A stretch of 64,000 bases of DNA from Utricularia gibba (Eukaryota; Plantae; Magnoliophyta), in the NCBI GenBank assembly GCA_002189035.1, contig NEEC01000008.1, positions 1,426,001-1,490,000 on the forward strand, given 5' to 3'. The translations under genes were made by a program, and so were the position numbers. This document shows positions 23,177 through 37,529 of this stretch, piece after piece. The notes under the pieces were generated by a model. The model was not told the DNA's origin and did not search any database. It saw only the letters and a list, made by a program, of their open reading frames with translations. Each line of letters begins with the position of its first letter. The first letter of the stretch is position 1.

Positions 23177-25466
23177 CTAAGGAAATAGTTGCAGGCCAAT
23201 CTGTCTTCTCTTGTGCTCGGGTATGAGTCGCTTGACGAGGTCTGGAGGAATGCCGGACAACTACAGGGTGAAGGGAAGGTAAGTTGGGGGGCACCAGGAA
23301 CTGAGCGCATAGTGGAAATATCAGAGTGTAATACCTCCTGCTTGAAGTTGAATACTGGTGGGAGGGGCCGACCGTTTGGCAAACGGGCATTGGGTTCGCG
23401 GAGCTCATCGAAAAATGGATGAGCACATGCTTCTAGCTGCAGAAAAAAAGGGATCATGAAAAAAAAAAAAACTGTCAGAAAATGGGTAGCTAAAATGGTT
23501 TGATCCACATGGTCGAGAAAGGGACTCACAGCGGTGCTGCGGAGATTTGGTGAGTATTGCAGCAGCCTAGATGTGAGATCTATAGCTTCTGGAGGCATCC
23601 TTTTTTGGAAAACCTGCAAGACTGAAATGCACATGAGCTTCCGATTTGCCAAAAGTAACATCACAATCAAACTCTAACATGCCGAGGGATTACCTTGTGC
23701 CAAGGGTGAGCCTTGATTTGTGGGAACCTAAAATCATTATAGTTTGGATTCATGCACCGGACTTCTTCGCGTGTTGGAGTCCCAAGAACCTTGATAATTT
23801 CTACAAGCTGACCCACAGCACTTTCTCCAGGAAAAAGAGGCTGGCGAGGGGGTACATTTAAGTACAACGGAGCTGAAAGCAGAAGAATAGGAAAGGAAAG
23901 GTACTAACCTGGCCTAGAAGAAGCTCAGCAAGGATACAGCCAGCTGACCACATATCAATGGATGTTGTATATTCAGTTGCTCCAAAAATGAGTTCAGGAG
24001 CACGATAAAATCGGGAGCAGATGTATGATATGTTTGCTTCGCCCCTGACCTGTAAGAGATATAAAATAAAAAATGAACGGGCGGGCAGAGAGCTAATGCA
24101 AGCACAAGCTTCTTACCAAGACTTTTGCACTTCCAAAGTCACATATCTTAACCTGATGAGTGACAGGGTCAACCTACAAAAAGAAAGTAAACATTAGAGT
24201 TGTCTAAAAAATTCACCAAGCCAATAAAATTCTTTCCAAAATGTTCTCAAAGGAAGCACCAAAATGTTGTGAGGCTTTAAATCCCTGTGGCATACTCCAG
24301 CAACAGAATGCATATACGCCAGCCCACTGAATATCTGCAAAAGAAACCATTACACACGTTAAACCAGAAAAAGAAAAAAGAGTGCGATATTAAGATAAAA
24401 CGTTCCACTTACTTGGTATGTGTAAAGTTTGACATAAATAAGTGGCATTTTCTGCTTCATGTCACTAAAATGTTTCAGAAAACGGAACAGGGTCTCTGGG
24501 ACATACTCCATGACTAGGTTGAGAAAAAGCTCGTTCTTGCTTGTGGTAGAGAAGAAACGATGCTTTAATGTCACAACATTGGGATGATTCATGGTCCCCA
24601 TTATCTGCAATTCACGGCTTTTGTATCTTCTGTCTTGCAGAACCTTCTTTATAGCCACAGTCTCCCCAGTTTCAATACATTTTGCCTTCATTTAAGTGAT
24701 ACGACTTCAGCAACAGGGCACCAAAAATCCAGTAGCAGCAAACGTGGCACTCAATGAATACCAACCTGAAACACGATTCCAAATGAACCAGTCCCTACAA
24801 CTCGCTCTGCCATGTAACTTATAGTCTGCATGTTAAACATACGTTAATAAGAACTAACTCAACTACTCTTCAACCTATGGTTGACTGTAGTGTTGAACAT
24901 TCAATACACCAAAAAAAGATACTGCGCACTGTGGAATCTCACAGTTATGCTTGAAATCAACGCAATTGTACTAAGCACACGATTTGTACCTGTTTCGGGC
25001 CACCATCTTCTCCTCCTATAGTCGTTGAAATTATGTGACCCGTTCCTGTATCATTCCTGCCAATTGCAGGAGAACAAATCTCCTATACGGACAACAATTA
25101 GTGAATATTCCAAAAGTAAGATCCTCCGCACCAGAATATCCAAAAGAGATGCCACCCTCAAAACTAAAAAAAGAAAACTTTACCAAAACGCAACATGATA
25201 CAACAATTATTCTATCGAACCTCTAGCAAAAACAGCTGGTTTGTGATTGTCCCGCTACCGATCCAACATTTACACCAAAATGAGAACAAACCTCGTGATC
25301 GGCACCACGATTGCACAAATTCAACCAAAATACTAAGCTAATCTACAGCATAATCTAGATCTACAGAATCCGAGTAAACTAACGGCGCTGAAAAGAACCA
25401 AAGCGTTTCCAGTCTCAACCACTCAAGAAATTATAGATCAGAAAGTACCGTATCGCCGTCCGCCAT
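23177..25466 (-). CDS. SHAGGY/GSK3 kinase, group II (BIN2-like), 377 aa. 11 exons: 25466-25449, 25082-24990, 24825-24766, 24685-24413, 24334-24260, 24173-24117, 24049-23909, 23840-23694, 23613-23530, 23436-23335, 23260-23177
   Basis: [58 protein letters not shown]. All junctions are GT-AG and phase 0. Confidence 0.95.
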
Positions 25467-28400
25467 GGCGGGAAAACCTGTCCGCCCTGAAAAAAACTTC
25501 TCGCCAACAACTCCTTTCGGCTACCTCCCTTGTGATTCAGCGGTCACCATTGTCGGCAAGAGGAATCAGAGGACAAGACAGAGACGACAGAGAGGGGGAG
25601 GAGGTGGGGTGGGGATGCTGAGCAGATAGCCATGAGTGGATGCACCCCCAGAGGACCCCATCCATACATTTATTTAACAGCGCCCATGTGATCGCTTGCC
25701 CACCCCTTCTTCCTCGTTTCTTTATTTCTCTTCTCCATCAATGCCCCTGAACTTCTTCTTTATTGCAAACAGCTACCCCATAAAAGAGAAATCATTGTTT
25801 TCACCTGTCCTTGCATTTTACTTGAACCCCCATCAAATCCCAAATATAACTAAATGCCGGTACAATGAATTGAATTTTAATATTATGTAAATAAATTATG
25901 TGTGTCCTTGGTTTCAAATAGAAAATAATATGAGATTATTTAATTAATATTTTTTAATTTTAAATAATGTAGAAGAAATACTACATACATTAACATGAGA
26001 TAACATCATAGAATTTAGGTCTATGTGTGCACGCATTGCGTCTCCACGCCGGGATTGATCGGGGCCTAATCGTATTTTTCTAACTATTTCAATTGCAATA
26101 TTACATAGTATTCATAGGTATGGGTTAGATACCTATTGCATAATGGGCCTCTCGGGCTTTTCGGTTATGGGCCGGCCTTTCAATATCGCGATGTCTCTAA
26201 TATTAGGCCGGTGCTTCCCAGTCTACTGTCCGAATATTTAGTCGAACCGGCTCAAAGCTGTTTCCCGAGACCGGCTTGCTGGTTAAAAGAAGTGGTTTTG
26301 AAATCCGGTTTATTCCGGTCCTGTTGATTTATTATTTTTTTAAAGAAAAATGGAATCTTTGATTCCCAATATTGAATTTTTATTCCCAATAATAATTTGA
26401 AAAGGAAAAAAGATTCCATTTGACTGGAGCAATTGACAGATTTTAAAAACATTTCACTCCCCCACAGCATCATCACGAAATTATGCGTTGTTTGTGGGCG
26501 GACCCGGTCCGGGGCGAGGAGGGTGGCGCGTTACGGTTCGGCATTATGTTGTCTAGGGGGCTGCGTCGCCATGCAGCCGCGCGGCCTACGTAGTGAATAA
26601 ACCCGACATTATTATGATGATAATTATTTGTATTGGCTGATAATGCCTCCCTTTTCATCATCGTCTCATGATATAAAAACCCGGGTCCATCAGCATAATT
26701 GTGCACCAGACCCCACCCCCCCCCCCCCTGCAACGCAACTCCGTTCTCATTGGGTCACCTCCCTCCTCCCAATGGCGACGCCCAGACTCATCCTCCGGTG
26801 TGCCGGATTCACGCCGGCGGCCACTGCGCCGGTGCGGGCCGCGGTGCCTCCGGGTTCTCAGGTGGATGTGTGGCGCTGGTAGTAGGCATCATGTACGGCA
26901 GCCCCCCCCTCTGCAGCATGCGGAAATGGTCCCTAGGGGAGCACACCCATGTAATCATTTCGATGAGTAAATTTGCAATGCAAATTCCATTTTGCATTCA
27001 CGGGGAGTGTGGTCCGGCGCACTGTGGATACGGGCATAGAGAGGTGAGTAGTTTGTAACCTTATGGTTGTAAATGCTTTGATAGGGATATATGAATTAAA
27101 TGGAAATATATAAATAGGACGAAATATGTTGGATTGATAAATTATAATTAAAATGAGATATATTTTATTTATATGAAAATATATTTTATCAACAGGAGAA
27201 TTGGGAGTGCCCACAGGTTTTTACACAAAGATTATTAATGAAAATAAAAAGATCTGGAAATATCATATCATATGTCGTACTTTGGACGATTTGGAATCAA
27301 AGGAATGAAACTATTGATCTTCAATAGAACTATTCGATAAAATACAATTTATGTGCTATCAATGGATACGAGTAGGAAAAATCAATATATTTGGTGAACT
27401 AAATTGGCATAAATGGATAATTAATTCATTGCATACTTTAAAAAATTATATATTATAAGTTTTTTTTCTCAAATTTTGTAAGTATAGCTAGATGTATCTA
27501 ACTTTATTTTAAAAAAATATTGATAAAAAAATATATTATGTCATCAACATTCTTAATATGAACAAAAAAAAGAAGAAATTAAAGATAAAAATACCAAATG
27601 AGAATAAAGATACGTAAATATTTTCCAAAATTGAAAGATATCAAATCTTAATTTTAATCTCTCCTAAATCTTATCCCACTCATAAAATACGAAATTTTTT
27701 TATGAATACTTATCAATTAATAAATACCATTTTCCAAATACACTCTTAAAAAGTATTTAATTAACAATAGAAGGATTTAATTTATATGATTTTAAATAAA
27801 GTATTGTCTATGAGATTAAACGAAAAATTCACATCTATTTAAATCCATGAAATAAACGTAAAATAATTTATAGTTCTTATGTTAAGCCCTCATAATTCTT
27901 TAATAATTACTAACCGTACACATTTTTTTCCTTTTTTGGTGCTGTAATTTCTAAGGCATTAATATGTACTAAAAAATAAGGTCAAAGTCAAAGGAAGCCT
28001 TTACTCTTCCGGTAGTCACGGCCCCGCATGCCTCAACGGTCTCTCCATTCTTTCCTTACATAATAAAGTGGTCCCCACAAGGCGACAAGAATCTTAATTG
28101 ATTTCAAATTTTGATCATATCACCACCGCTGTAAAAAAAAAATTTTAATAAATAATATCCAGATAATAGGGTTGATTTTGAAATCTAGACTCATTTTTTT
28201 ATCCCAAGGTCAATATGTTAATGAAGAGGGATAGAAGTGGACTTGCGGTAATTGCAGTTAAATGAAGTAAAAAATGTTGTGCATGGGGGTGGGAGCAGGC
28301 ATTGAAGATATTCAAGAGAGGAGTCAAAAAAAAGTAAATGTTGATGATCTTGAAGAATCTAAGCAGATGTGATTATTCAATAAGTAGATGAATGAGTAAA

Positions 28401-29365
28401 TACAGCAGCTTCCATTTACTTTCTCTCATTCGAGGAAAGTCTACTTCGTCTTCAATGTATTTACGATCGTATTCTGCATTGAAATTTATGGCAAGCCAGT
28501 CATATTTTGCATTACTTCGTCTACTTGGTAGTTATGGAGTTCCAGAAATGTGATGGAAATTTGGAATCTGGGATGGGGTAGAAGGAAAGTGGTGAAAAGT
28601 AAAAAGGCAGCTAGTATTTATTACGGCGGCAGTGAAACCAAGTGGTTTGTTTTTGTGTTGGCGGTGTGGTTTGCTGAAAAAGCGTTGGGGTGGTCTGCGC
28701 CTCCGGGTCCGGCGACCCCACTTCATCTCCTTGTCCATCTTCAGGCCTATGCTCAATCACGTGTATCTATAGGTGTAAGTAAGTACACACACACACAGCC
28801 ATAAAGAGAGAGAGAATGGGAGTGGGGACATAACGAAACTCTGTGTTTTTGCTGGAATACTTACACTGGGTCGTGGAGTTCATGATTTTTGAGTTGAGGG
28901 GTTGGCTGGTTTCCACTTCATCCTTTCTGCGGTGAAGATCTGAGATTTTGGTGAATAATGACTGCTAGGAGGAGCCTTTGTATGCAAGTTGTGTTCTTTT
29001 TTCTTTTTTGATTCTGGGAAAATTGAGGTTAATTTGGTTTTTCCATCGTCATTTTTCCTGTTGTTGTTGTTAATGGTTTCATGCCACCTTCACTGATTCT
29101 ATATACCCGTTTTCTGGTGCCTTTTAGCTGTATGTGAAAATGGCTCAATGAAGTTGGAGGATGCAGAGGATGAGAATTTCACTCTATCTGTCGGTGTGGC
29201 GAAGACACTGGTGAGTGAGTGCATTCGAGGAAAACATTCATCTGCATCCTCTCAAGTATAGCAGATCTTGTGTTTGAACCAGGTGGGAGTTCCCAGTTGT
29301 GAATTTCCAAGGAAAATGCGTCCGATGATGTTTCTGTATCAAGGAGCAGATAGAGTCACTTGTTG

Positions 29366-32300
29366 ATGATGACCAGAGCTATTCGAGAACGGGTACACAA
29401 GGATGTTAATAACAATTTTAGTGATCATCTCCGGAATCATGTCCATTTGACGAATTGTATTCATTTGAAGAACCATATGCACAAGCAGAGTCCAGTCTTG
29501 GGTGAGAGAGCTCTTATGAGGGAGCTTGTTGCACTTCAGAGAACAAGATCTCTGCGGGATCCCTCTGCAAGCCCGCAATCATGGCACTCACCTTTGGCTG
29601 TAGGCATGCTTCTTAGAGGGGTGGGAAAGGATGCAGGAGTCAGGGGAAGACATTCATCTGGTTTAGATGAATCCAGAGAAGCTGGTAGGCCCTCGGGAGC
29701 CTCTTCAACTGCGGAGAGTCTGCAACCTTCAAAGTCTTTAGGTGCTCGTGTAAACCGATATGGTGCTATGAGTCTAGCAACTGTTTGCAGTTTGGATGCT
29801 CAGGAAGATGTTTCAGGTAAGTATGAGTTAAGAAGCAACAATGTCAAGCTAAAAGGATCCAATACCCAGGAAACTCAACTTAAGAATCTGCCTGGGCAGT
29901 TGAAGGATGTACTGGCTAAAAGTGAAGATGCTTTGCTCGATAGAGGTGATAATGGAAACCAAGCACTGATAGAAAACCTCGCTTTAGAAGCAGAGGTGAA
30001 CTTTCGGAGAGCAAGTAAAATGAACAGGCCAAAGAGACACAAGTTTCGTGGAGGAAGAAGAACTCGGCCTTTGATAACAATTCGAGATGTGACCGAGGCG
30101 CAAAAAAATCGTCTTTGGAGTCTGACCCTGCAGCTGAAGGCAAAAGCCTACAGAAATATAGGATTGGTGAGGAGAATGACGATCAGAATGTAAGTGTTGC
30201 TGCTGGAAATGGATGCGGTATTCCTTGGAATTGGTCAAGAATACATGACAGAGGAAAGTCCTTCCTAGACATGGCTAGCAGGCGTCTGTATTGTGGTTTA
30301 TCTGAATCCAGATTTAAAAAAGGTTGTAATAATTTTCATGGGATCACTTTACATGACATACATGTCATGTCTGAAAACTCAAGATCATCTACCCGATCTG
30401 CTACAGGGGAGGTTTTGCCTCTTCTTGATGCCTCAGGCTCACAAGGAAGTATGGAGCGTGCATGGTTTCGTGACTTTTCAGGGGAACTAGGAATTTTTGC
30501 AGACAACCTGATAAGGCATGAAAGTGATTCTGATCACATGTCAGCTGCTGGATCATGTGAGAAGCACAAATTCAGGAAGCAACTTGGGGCAATTCATCAA
30601 AGTTTTACTCAAAAGTATATGCCGAAGTCATTCAGAGACTTAGTTGGGCAGCCTTTGGTTGTACAAGCTCTTTCTAACGCTATAGCGAGTAGGAAGATCG
30701 GGTTCCTGTACTTGTTTTATGGGCCTCATGGAACTGGTAAAACTTCATGTGCCCGCATCTTTGCAAGAGCTTTAAACTGCCAATCACAAGAGCAACCAAA
30801 ACCGTGTGGAGTTTGCAACTCTTGCATTGCAGAGAACACGGGAAAACACAGGAAAGTAACAGAAATCGGGCCCTTTAGCAACATGGGCGTAGAAAACATT
30901 ACTGGACATCTTAATCACGTGCCTCCTTCCCAGCTGAAGTCACACTACAGGACCTTCATAATTGATGAATGTGATACCTTGTCTTCTGAAAATTGGAATA
31001 CAATACTGAAAGTGGTCGATCTTGCTCCTCGGCGTGTGGTTTTCATCCTTGTTTGCCCAAGTGTAGATGCGGTACCTCATGTCTTAATATCCAGGTGCCA
31101 GAAATTCTTCTTCCCTAAGTTGAAGGATGGTGATATAGTTTCCAGTCTACAGTGGATAGCAATGAAGGAAGCTGTAGAAGTAGATAAGGATGCACTGAAA
31201 CTCATTGCCCTCAGGTCGGATGGATCACTAAGGGATGCTGAAATGACTTTGGAGCAACTCAGCTTACTGGGGAAGCAAATTTCTCTTGGCCTTGTTCAAG
31301 AACTCGTATGCATCTATTTGTTTTCCAGCTGCAACACAAACACACCCTCACTCAAGTGAACGCTCAAATGTAGTCTCCTTTTTCCTGATGTTACAGGTTG
31401 GGCTGGTTTCTGATGAAAAGCTGGTAGATCTTCTTGACTTAGCATTATCTGCTGACACAGTTAACACGGTGAAGAATCTACGGGATATCATGGAATCCGG
31501 CGTGGAGCCATTGGCGCTGATGTCACAGCTCGCCACTGTCATTACTGACATTTTGGCTGGAAGTTTTGATTTCTCTAAAGGAAGAGCGAGGCGGAAATTT
31601 TTTCGTTGTCAAACATGTGAGTTTCCTTGCATGTTCCCTGTTGTCATTTCTGATATCTTTAGAAGTTAACGGGGCATGTACCTTGTTTGCAGTATCGAAA
31701 GATGCAATGGAGAAGCTACGCCAAGCACTTCGAACTTTGTCTGAGGCAGAAAAGCAGCTGAGGGTGTCAACCGAAAGGATCACTTGGCTAACTGCTGCTC
31801 TTCTGCAACTAGCTCCTGATCAACAGTATATTCTGCCTGGCTCCTCCGGAGACTTGAGTCAAGGTCAGAGTATGCACGGTTTGGATGATGCCCCTTCAAG
31901 AGAGCAGCAACACAGAAGAAGTAATGCTGACAAAGAAAAGGTAGTAATGAATAACAGATTTCAATCGAGAGAATTCCCACAGGGAGACTTGTCCAACTTT
32001 GAGACTGAAGAGCTTTGGATGGAGGCGCTTGGAAAAATCTCCATTGATGTTATAAGAGACTTCTTGTATCAAGAAGCAAGGATAGTTACGTTGGGTCATG
32101 GTCCAGGTAAATGGTTTCCTCTTTTCCTAACATTTTCCACGCGAAACTGACATTCATTGCCTTCTCCAGCTCGCACTGTGCAGCTAGTTTTCAACTCACC
32201 GCTGCTGAAAGCAAAGGCTGAAAATTTTAGAATGCACATCTCACGAGCCTTCGAATTGGTCCTTGGATCTCCAGTAGCTCTAGAGATCCTATGCGCACCA

Positions 32301-32923
32301 GGGAGAGACTCCAGACTCGGCCCTTTCATCTCGGCACAAACCAGTAACGGATTTGCTCCACCAGTCAGCGATGGCATCCAAGGAAGGCAAAATCATCATC
32401 ACGATGCTTCAACTTCCACAGGCAAAAGAAGTGAAATTGTTGAGGTTGAACCTTCTTCCATAAATGGTGTAGAAAAGGCTCATGCAAAAGGAGCCGAGCC
32501 ATCATCTTCTTACAGAGTGGGCAGAAACGAGAGCCTCAGCCTTGTTAGAGGTAAGATATCCTTGGCAAATGTGATTCAGCGAGCTGACCAATACTCAAAA
32601 TACAGTTGGTCCAAAAGGAAGACTGCCAACAAGCTAGAACTTGATAACTTGTAAGCCTTCATCTCGCTTTAAACACAGAGATGCTTTGTTTGCTATCCTA
32701 CACAACTTCACACTCTTGCTTCAACAGGAAGCTAGAATCCAGATCGAGGCGATTGCGGTGTTGGAAGCCATCGAAAGTAACACGTTCCAAGGTAAACAAG
32801 AAGCTGTTACGCAAAAGTTTCAATATGGGAATACTGAACTTTGATAACCTGCAGTGGAAAACAAGAACAAGGAAGCCAAGAACAATGCTAAAGTTCATGG
32901 CTTGTGGGAGATGTCTATCATAG
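29366..32923 (+). CDS. STICHEL-like AAA+ (DNA pol III gamma/tau-like) protein, copy 1. Exons 29366-31305 (1-bp frameshift at 30102-30108), 31397-31616, 31693-32106, 32170-32650, 32728-32791, 32855-32923
   Basis: SDHLRNHVHLTNCIHLKNH, CGIPWNWSRIHDRGK, Walker A GPHGTGKTS, CGVCNSC, IIDECD, SDGSLRDAEMTLEQLSLLG, C-terminal ACGRCLS. Confidence 0.9.
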
Positions 32924-33921
32924 AGTTCAGAAACCATACCCATTGCAAGAAATCTTGGCCTCAGATTAGAATTAGTTTTTACTTGAACAGGGTGCCCTGT
33001 GAAATGCAAGCCTACTTCCAGCGCTTCAACAGATTGGTTTCACGGGGCTCAATCCCTTTGGAGCAATTCATCAAAAGAATACTACTACAAAGTAAAATTT
33101 CAAATTTTTAAAATAAAATTCAAGGTGGGAAAAAAGAAGGTTATAATAAATTTATTACGGCGGTGAAAACAATGGTTGGTTTTGCGGGGTGTCGTTTGCT
33201 GGAGAAGTGTTGGACTGGAGTGCTCTGCGCTTCCGGGCAGGGCGACCCCACTTCATCTCCTTGTCCGTCTTCAGGCCAATACCCACATCACGTGTATCTA
33301 TAGTAGTAAGTAAAGTTCGCGCACAAAGCACTTAGTGAGTGAGAAAGAGTGGGAACTGGGGCAGACAGAAACTCTGGTTTGCAGGAATATTTTTTCTGGG
33401 TTATGAAGTTAAGAACGTGGGAGGAGTTGGTTGGTTACCACTGGAGCGTTTCTGGGTGAAGATCTGAGTTTTTAGTGAATAATGAATGCAAGGAGGAAAC
33501 ATGGATGCAAGTTGTGTCTGTGTATTTTTTTTTTCTTTTTGATTCGGTAAAATTGAGGTTAGTTGGGTGACCCTATCTTCGTTCTTGTTGTTGCTGTGAA
33601 TGGTTTCATGCCACCTTCGCTGATTCCTTTTGCCCGTTATTTTGTGTCTTTTCACTGTATGTGAAAACGCCTCTTCGAAGTTGAGCTGTCGGCAGGGATG
33701 AGAATTTGAGTGTCCTCCTCAATGTTGCTGAGGCACTGGTGAGTGAACGCACTTGAAGGCATTTTTTCTTTGCATTCCTTGTCATATAGTAGATCTTGTG
33801 TTTCAGCATTCGAATTAGGGTGGAGGTTCGAACTTGAGTTTATCTGTTAGTGAATTTCGAAGGAAGGGGTTATTCCAGTGATGTTTTCCTTTCAAGGAGT
33901 AGACAGATTCTTTCTTTGAAA

Positions 33922-36900
33922 ATGACCAGAGCTGTTGGAGAACGAGTACACAAGGATGTAGATGATAATTTTAGTGATCATCTCCGGAATCATGTCCATT
34001 TGACGAACTGTATTCATTTGAAGAACCATATCCACAAGAACAGCCCAATCTTGAGTGACAGGGCTCTTATGAAGGATCTTGTTGCCCTTCAGAGAACAAG
34101 ATCTCTAAAGGATCCTTCTGCAAGTCCGCATTCATGGCGCTCGCCTCTGGCTGTAGACATGCCTCTTGGAGGAATAGGAAAGGAGGGAGTGGCAAGGGAA
34201 GGACAGTCATTTCGTTTAGATAGTTCCAGAGGAGCTGGGAGGCCTTCAGGAGTCTCTTCTCCCACTCAAAGTCTACAAGCTTCAAACTCATTTGCTGAAC
34301 TTGTGAACCGCTATGGTGCTGTGGGTGTAGCCACTGTTGATGGTGTGGATGTTCAGGAAAGCGTTGCTCGTAAATATGATTTAAGAAGCAAAAATGCCAA
34401 GCTGAAAGGTGCCAATACTCAGGAAAGAAATCTGAAGAATCTGCCTGGACAGTTGAAAGATGTGCTTGCTGAGAGTGATGATGCTTTGCCGTATAATCAT
34501 GATAATCGAAACCAGGAACTGATAAAAAAACTTGCTTTAGAGACAGAGGTGAACTTTCGGAACGCAAATAAACTGAATAAGCCAAAAAGACGCAGGTTTC
34601 GTGGAGCAAGGAGAACTCGACCTTTGACAGCAATTAGAGATGTCACTGAGGCACAAAAGGAAATGTCTTTGGCATCTGATTCTGCTGCTCAAGGCAGAGC
34701 ATTTCAGGAATATCAGATTGGTGAGGAGAATGATGATCAAAATCCAAGTGCTGCTGCTGGTAATGGTTGCGGTATTCCTTGGAATTGGTCAAGAATACAT
34801 GACAGAGGAAAGTCCTTCCTAGACATTGCTGGCCGGCATCTGTATTGTGGTATATCTGAATCAAGACATAGAAAAGGGTGTACTAATTTTCATGGGATCA
34901 CTTTACATGACATGCCTGCCAAGTCTGAAAACTCAAGATCATCTACCAAATCTGCTGCAGGAGATGCTTTGCGTCTACTTGATGCCTCAGGTTCCCAAGG
35001 AAGTATGGACCGTACTGCAAGGTTTTCTGATTTTTCAGGGGAACTAGGAATTTTTGGAGATAATCTGTTAAGGCAGGGAAGTGATTCAAATCAGATGGAA
35101 CCTCACAGATCAGGCGAGAAGCATAAATCCAGAAAGCAACTTGGGGCAATTCATCAAAGTTTTACTCAAAAGTATATGCCACAGACGTTCAGAGACTTAG
35201 TTGGGCAGCGTTTGGTGGTGCAGGCTCTCTCTAACGCTATAGCCAACAGGAAGATCGGGTTCCTGTACTTGTTTTACGGGCCTCATGGAACTGGTAAAAC
35301 TTCATGCGCCCGCATATTTGCAAGATCATTAAATTGCCAGTCACTACAGCAGCCAAAACCGTGTGGAGTTTGCAACACTTGCATTGCAGAGAACACTGGA
35401 AAAAACAGGAAAGTAACAGAAATCGTGCCTTTTGGCAACATGGGCGTAGAAAACATTGTTGGACATCTTAATCACGTGCCTCATTCCCAGCTACAGTCTC
35501 ACTACAGGACCTTCATAATTGATGAATGTGATACCTTGTCTTCTGAGAGTTGGAATACATTACTGAAAGTAATCGATCTTGCTCCTCGGCATGTGGTTTT
35601 CATCTTTGTTTGCCCAAGTGTAGATGCGGTACCTCATGTCTTAATATCCAGGTGCCAAAAATTCTTCTTCCCTAAGTTGAAGGATGGTGATATAATTTCC
35701 AGTCTACAGTGGATAGCAATGAAGGAAGCTGTAGAAGTAGATAAGGATGCTCTGAAACTCATTGCCCTCAGGTCTGATGGATCACTAAGGGATGCTGAAA
35801 TGACTTTGGAGCAACTCAGCTTACTGGGGAAGCAAATTTCTCTTGGCCTTGTTCAAGAACTCGTATGCATCTATTTGTTTTCCAGCTGCAACACAAGCAC
35901 ACCCTTACGCAAGAACACTCATATATACTCTCCTTTTTCCTGATGTTACAGGTTGGGCTGGTTTCTGATGAAAAGCTGGTAGATCTTCTTGATTTAGCAT
36001 TATCTGCTGACACAGTTAACACGGTGAAGAATCTACGGGATATCATGGAATCCGGCGTGGAGCCGTTGGCACTGATGTCACAGCTCGCCACTGTCATTAC
36101 TGATATTTTGGCTGGAAGTTTTGATTTCACTAAGCGGAGACCCAGAAGGAAATTTTTTCGTTGTCAATCGTGTGAGTTGCATATGTGTTCATTGCTATCA
36201 TTTCTGCTGTATAAAGAAGCTAACGGGGAGTGTCTCTCTTGAATGCAGTGTCAAGAGATGCAACAGAAAAGCTTTGTCAAGCACTTCGAACTTTATCAGA
36301 GGCAGAAAAGCAGCTGAGGGTGTCATCTGACCGGATCACTTGGCTGACTGCTGCTCTGCTACAACTAGCTCCTGACAAACACCATGTTCTGCCTGATTCC
36401 TCCGGAGACGTGAGTGTTGCCCATAGCATGCACGGCTTCGATGGTACTTCGTCAAGAGAGCAGCAACGGAGAAAAAGTGATGTCGTATCAGTCCAGAGCA
36501 ATAAGCTGAAATCGTCCGGTGGTGAAGACAAAGAAAAGGTATCTTTGAATAGCAAATTTCAAGCAAGAGAATTCCGACAAGCAGACTTTTCAAACTTGGA
36601 GATCGAAGAGCTTTGGATGGAGGTGCTTGGAAAAATCTCCATTGATGTTATAAGAGAGTTCCTGTATCAAGAAGCAAGGATAGTTACAGCGGGTCATGGT
36701 CCAGGTACATGGTTTCTTCATTTCTTAACATTTTCCACATGAAACTGACATTCAAAATCTTCTTCAGCTCGTACTGTGCAACTGGTTTTCAACTCACCGC
36801 TCCTGAAAACAAAGGCTGAGAATTTCAGAATGCATATCTTACAAGCTTTCGAATCAGTCGTTGGATCTCCAGTAGCACTAGAGATTCTATGCAAACCGGA

Positions 36901-37529
36901 GAAAGACTTGAGACTCGGCCCTTTTGTCCCAACACAAACCAACAATCATGATGATGCTTCATTTTCCAAAGCCAAAAGAAGTGAAATTGTTGAGGTTGAA
37001 GCTTCTCCTTCCTTCAATCCTGTACAAAATACGCATGTAAGAAGAGCCGGTCCATCATCTTCTCACGCAGTTGCCAGAAAAGAGAACCTTAGCCTTGTTA
37101 GAGGTAAGGTCTCCTTAGCTGATGTGATTCAGCGAGCTAACCGTTACTCGTACACGAACCACAGTTGGTCCAAATGCATGACTACCAACAAGCTGGAACT
37201 TGATAACTTGTAAGCCTCCACAGGTGCTTTGCTGTCTATCCTACGTATACAATCTTATACTCTGGTTTCCACAGGAAGCTGGAATCCAGATCGAAGCCAC
37301 TACGCTGTTGGAACCGGTCAAAAGCAACACGATCTAAGGTAAACAAGAAGCTGTTAAGACCAAAATTTCAGCATAATGATCTCTTGGAGTAACAAAATTT
37401 GATAACCTGCAGTGGAAAAAAAGAACAAGGAAGCCAAGAGCACTGCTAAAGTTCATCGCTTGTGGGAGATGTCTATCACAGAGTCCAGAAACCAGAAGCC
37501 ACACCGTTTCCGGAATTCCCAGCCGTTGA
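33922..37529 (+). CDS. STICHEL-like AAA+ protein, copy 2 (intact). Exons 33922-35862, 35952-36171, 36249-36704, 36768-37209, 37275-37338, 37413-37529
   Basis: Same motifs and identical intron positions as copy 1, with an uninterrupted frame. Confidence 0.94.
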
